Positions 52,971-64,000 of a stretch of DNA of 64,000 nt are shown here, in pieces (position 1 is the first letter of the stretch; each line of letters opens with the position of its first letter). This DNA is from Takakia lepidozioides (Eukaryota > Plantae > Bryophyta), in NCBI GenBank assembly GCA_030704615.1, contig CM060732.1, positions 77,500,001 to 77,564,000 on the forward strand. Direction: 5' to 3'. Position numbers and translations under genes: made by a program. The notes under the pieces were generated by a model that was given only the letters and a program-made list of their open reading frames with translations, did no database searches and was not told the DNA's origin.

Positions 52971-54089
52971 GCTCATCAAATCTTTCCCGTAGAACACCAC
53001 ACGCATTTGGAACTTCCACATATGGAAGTTCTCACCGTTATACCTATCTATGTTTCGGCCCAGATCCCTAGCTACATTGTCACCCATGACGTAGGACATA
53101 AGAAAGAACGCAGAAACGACCGTATGCAGTTACGACATAAAAGAGAGTCTCTGGAGATACGACAACAGGGACGACTTTTGAACAAAGAATATACTTAATA
53201 GCAGAAACGACCTCTGCAGTTTACACGCTTGAAGCAAATAAAGATAGAATAAGTTGGGGCGTAGTAAGGAAGACGTGCTAGGACCCATAACCTATTGGAG
53301 TATAAAACATTCCCAGCAGACAACATGCACTTACACATGGTATCTTTAACAAGCATATTGTATTACAACGAAGCACTTCTCACGACGTACCAAACATTGG
53401 TACCATAGACACAAAGCTCTCCTAAACTCTGACAGCAGACCCTAAAAGCACACTGCACAAGTGTGGGAAACGGACGTCTTAGCCTGACTATAAGCTAGGT
53501 GCTATTGGGGTTCTTGCTTGCCCTGACGGCTAGGATTCTTGAGCGGTCGCACACAGCTTGGTCATCTTTCAAACAACACAGTATTGTGCTGGCATTTCCC
53601 GCCAACTGGAAATGCTACAATACTCCCACTCAGCACTGTGCTGAACAATTTGAAAGTTAGGAACGTTACCACTCTCCCACTTCAGCACATGTGTTGGTGT
53701 TCTAGCCACTTCCAGAAGTGATGCCCATGAGTGCACGAAGTCGTTGGAAGCAATCACGAGACAAAGGTTTGGTGAGGATGTCCGTTGCTTGGTCATCTGT
53801 TGGGATGTAGATCATAGCTAGCGTCCCATCTACGTGTCTCTCCCAAATGATATGGAACTTGAGGCTGATATGCTTGGTATGTTTATGAAAAACCGGATTC
53901 ACAACCAAACAAATGGCCGACTGATTGTTGCTGTATAGTGGTGTTGGAGCTAGCTGTGGGTATCCGAGGTCGTCGAGGAGTCCACGAAGCCATCGTAGCT
54001 CGCTGCTAGCCAAATGTGCTGCTACATATTCGGTAGTACTTGCAGCGGTGCAAGTTTGCTTCCTGCTTCCCCATGCGACAGCTCCACCT
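52971..54089 (-). mobile_element. Copia fragment: RNase H - PPT - LTR (53293-53622) - PBS - gag start
   Basis: GGAVAWGSRKQ..E.RWL..NQSAICL..NPVFHKHTKHI..DILTKPL (RNase H). PPT GCTGAGTGGGAG at 53623-53634. LTR, PBS and gag are an inverted copy of 49786-50446. Confidence 0.87.
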
Positions 54090-54090
54090 T

Positions 54091-54580
54091 AGGGTATTGT
54101 CTTGTGGGCCATAGGCGCAGTGATACCTATGCCAAAAACATGAGTGGCCTTTTAGAACCGCTCTTATGAAAGCATAAGTGCATGGCTAGTGGGATTGGAC
54201 AAAACCTATGTAGTGGCAGCATTCATTTCATTTTTCATGAATCATGGCATGCTCAAGTTGAATTCATACCTTGTAATGTTCATGGCACTATTGATGCGTG
54301 GTGCCTGGAGAGTCCCAGCAGGGGTGTCTTTCTGTCGATGAGTGCGGAACGTGCATGGGGCTTCCTTCTGGGAGGACTCACCAGCAATGAAGTCCGCCAG
54401 CCGATTCCAAGGAATATATGCAATTTCAGTTGTGTTCTCATCAGGTATCTGTCCGTGCCATTGGGACCTCCATTGCAAGTCATGGTGTGTGAAAGTACCT
54501 GTCTTTGGTGTCTGTAGCTGACTTTGTAGATTAGAAAGAAGGTGGGGCAAAATCTTGTCATGTTCAACCTCTTCAGCCAT
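54091..54580 (-). pseudogene. N-terminal two exons (54270-54580, 54091-54126) of a MULE/SWIM-type transposase-like gene, truncated
   Basis: LQTP..FTHHDLQW..EIAYIPWNRLADFIAGES..PCTF..R|YHCAYGPQDN resembles, from memory, the N-terminus of plant SWIM zinc-finger MULE-derived proteins (..VALIPY.RV..FI.GE....PT.F..YWCSFGPE). Confidence 0.6.
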
Positions 54581-55656
54581 GTTTACAGAAACAAGACGCT
54601 TCTGAGTTTGCTGATGTCTTCTTTCGCTGCCGTATCCTCACACGCTCCTTTTTGCATTCATATTCTGGGCATGTATAATGGAATGCTGTCAATTCATGTG
54701 GGCAAGCTAGAAACGCATGGAGAGAATTGCTCTACTAGGAAATGCACGATGAGGGTAGCAAAACCTTCCATTGGGGTGGCAGTGTATGTGACGACGTGGC
54801 ATATATCCCAACGTCCGTTCTCTTTCTTCAGATTTGCCATTTCAAAATTTGAAAAGATGTCAGATCGAATTTGAATTGAGGGCATGATGTATGTTTGGGG
54901 ATACCATGTATGCAATGGACGCAAGCATGTGGCATGGGGAGGATGAAGGCATGCAGGGGGGATGGGGGACGATGCCATGCATGAGGAGAGGATGGGAGGC
55001 GGGATGGGGATAGGGAAGAGGTGTCAATGTCCTGGCAGAGGGTACATGAGGCGCGGGAGGGGCTGCCGCATGGCAAGTGCCGCGTGGTTTGCGGGCGGCG
55101 GACGCGGGGGGTACGTGGCGGGGGGGGGGGCTCCCTCGCATTCAACTCCAAGGGCCCATCTATTACTTGGCATTGTTTTATGGGCAATCTTGTGTGTCTC
55201 TTTGGCATGCATCTCCATTGGTTTCTACTGTTTTTGAACGTGTAGATCTGTCCGACTTCTTAGAACAGTTGCATGCATGGCATGTGGTGTCGGTGACCGA
55301 GGCCAAAGCTAATTGTCTTGGCTCAAGAGGTGTAGGCTAGGAAGTTTGACTAACGTGTTAAGCTCTTCAAGGAGATCCGACTGTGTGCCTACGTCTTCAG
55401 CATGGCAAGCATGCATGCAAGTCCAAATTGAATATCAACAGCCCCTATTTCTCATACAAGATAGATACAGGGATGACGTGCATTGATCGGTTTTGAAATC
55501 TTCATCTAGTGTTTCATGAATTCTAGTTGGTATAGCATGGTGTTCCAACTTGTTCATTGCCTAAGGTTGTCTTCCTTGTGGAATTTGTCCCACTGGGTTT
55601 TCCAATGAGAGGTTTTTCACTCGTCTCCATAAGCCGTGGCTCAACACTTCATGATG

Positions 55657-55888
55657 AGGTTATTATGAAAGAGGTTATTTTCTCCTGTAACTATTATGAA
55701 GGGGCCCGACTTGGTAGCGGCCGCTCTTGGGTGTTGCCCTTTTTTTTTAAAAAGAAAAAAAAATTACTGTAGTCATCTGAGGCTATTATGAAAGAGATTA
55801 TTTTCTCCTCCGACTATTAGGGCCCGATTTGGTTGCAGTCACTCCTGGGTGTTGCCTTTTAAAATTAAAAAATTACTGTAGTCATCTT
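55657..55888. repeat. Degenerate ~120-bp tandem duplication
   Basis: tattatgaaagag.ttattttctcct..gggcccga.ttgg..tgggtgttgcc..aaaaaattactgtagtcatct occurs twice. Confidence 0.75.
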
Positions 55889-56510
55889 GTCGGTTTCCGG
55901 ATTCTGTTGGTATCTTTTCTGCTTTGCTCCTTTGGGGAGTGGGGAGCTGCGGTGGGGCAACAGCAAGAAAGGGCCCAATTTTGTGCAAAGTCACCGGTAA
56001 TGAGGGGTGGAGGGCCGAGGCTACGGGTTGAAAAGCTGTTCAAAGTAACAACTGTCAGAGGATGTGCATGCAAACTCCTACTTCATTAAAACTGTACACA
56101 TCTCAGAAAAGTACACTGATTTTATACTTGCTTGCTGCTTGAACTTTGCCAGAGCCAGGCTAAGAAACAATTTCGGCGGTCCTACTTGAAAATACAATCT
56201 ACCTTTTTTCCTATTGTCCTCGTGGTTGGCTGCCTGAAATTCCATAAGTTTTACTCTAGGCACAGAGCCATTAGAGTGAACCACTCAACAAGACACTTTG
56301 TCGTTGCTTGGTGCCCCAAGACCCCATCCCTACCTTATACACTGGTTCCAACACTTACGTCTCCAACCCTACCCTCCCCCTGTCCTGCTCCCTATCCCTT
56401 GGAAGCCTGTTTACATTACAAAGAATTGTTGGATGCCATGGATGTGGCACTGTCATTAACCGATGGTGGTTTTTGTAGATGCTGTTTTGGCAAGGTCAAT
56501 TTGAGGTTCC

Positions 56511-63857
<7,347 letters not shown>

Positions 63858-64000
63858 CTGTAGACAAGAAGAAAGTGATCAGTTCTTGTACTGTATACAG
63901 AAATGTCCAGCTAGATATACACATGTGCCATGAACAGACCACAAACTCCAAAACACTATCTACTCAAGATATAAACACAGGTTAGAATGAGGCTCTCTTT

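Noticed and set aside
54828-55340. Pro/Gly-rich overlapping ORFs
   Set aside because: Low-complexity GC-rich non-coding sequence upstream of the MULE-like fragment; no recognisable domain.

Overview
Eukaryotic, intron-rich nuclear DNA from a seed-free land plant. The 5S sequence and repetitive PLS-DYW PPR gene point to a bryophyte-grade lineage (inference). Four host genes are present: (1) a >39.7 kb multi-exon VPS13 (plant VPS13M type) on the minus strand, running off the left edge; (2) a two-exon ASR/ABA-WDS gene (-); (3) a PLS-E-DYW PPR editing factor (+) whose spliced N-terminus carries an OSB-type PDF ssDNA-binding motif; (4) the 3' half of INO80 (-), which shows three reading-frame lesions. 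Introns carry 5'-truncated copies of two LINE families. The strongest signals are small-RNA-derived mobile elements: a 5S rRNA head + LINE tail element with a target-site duplication (SINE3-like) in an INO80 intron, and a TRIM whose LTRs contain a tRNA-like Pol III cassette in a VPS13 intron. The 49.7-55 kb intergenic block is a nest of copia (TA..TA LTRs, half-tRNA PBS), L1, MULE-like and PPR-pseudogene fragments. All homology calls are from recognition of motifs by eye; no searches were run.
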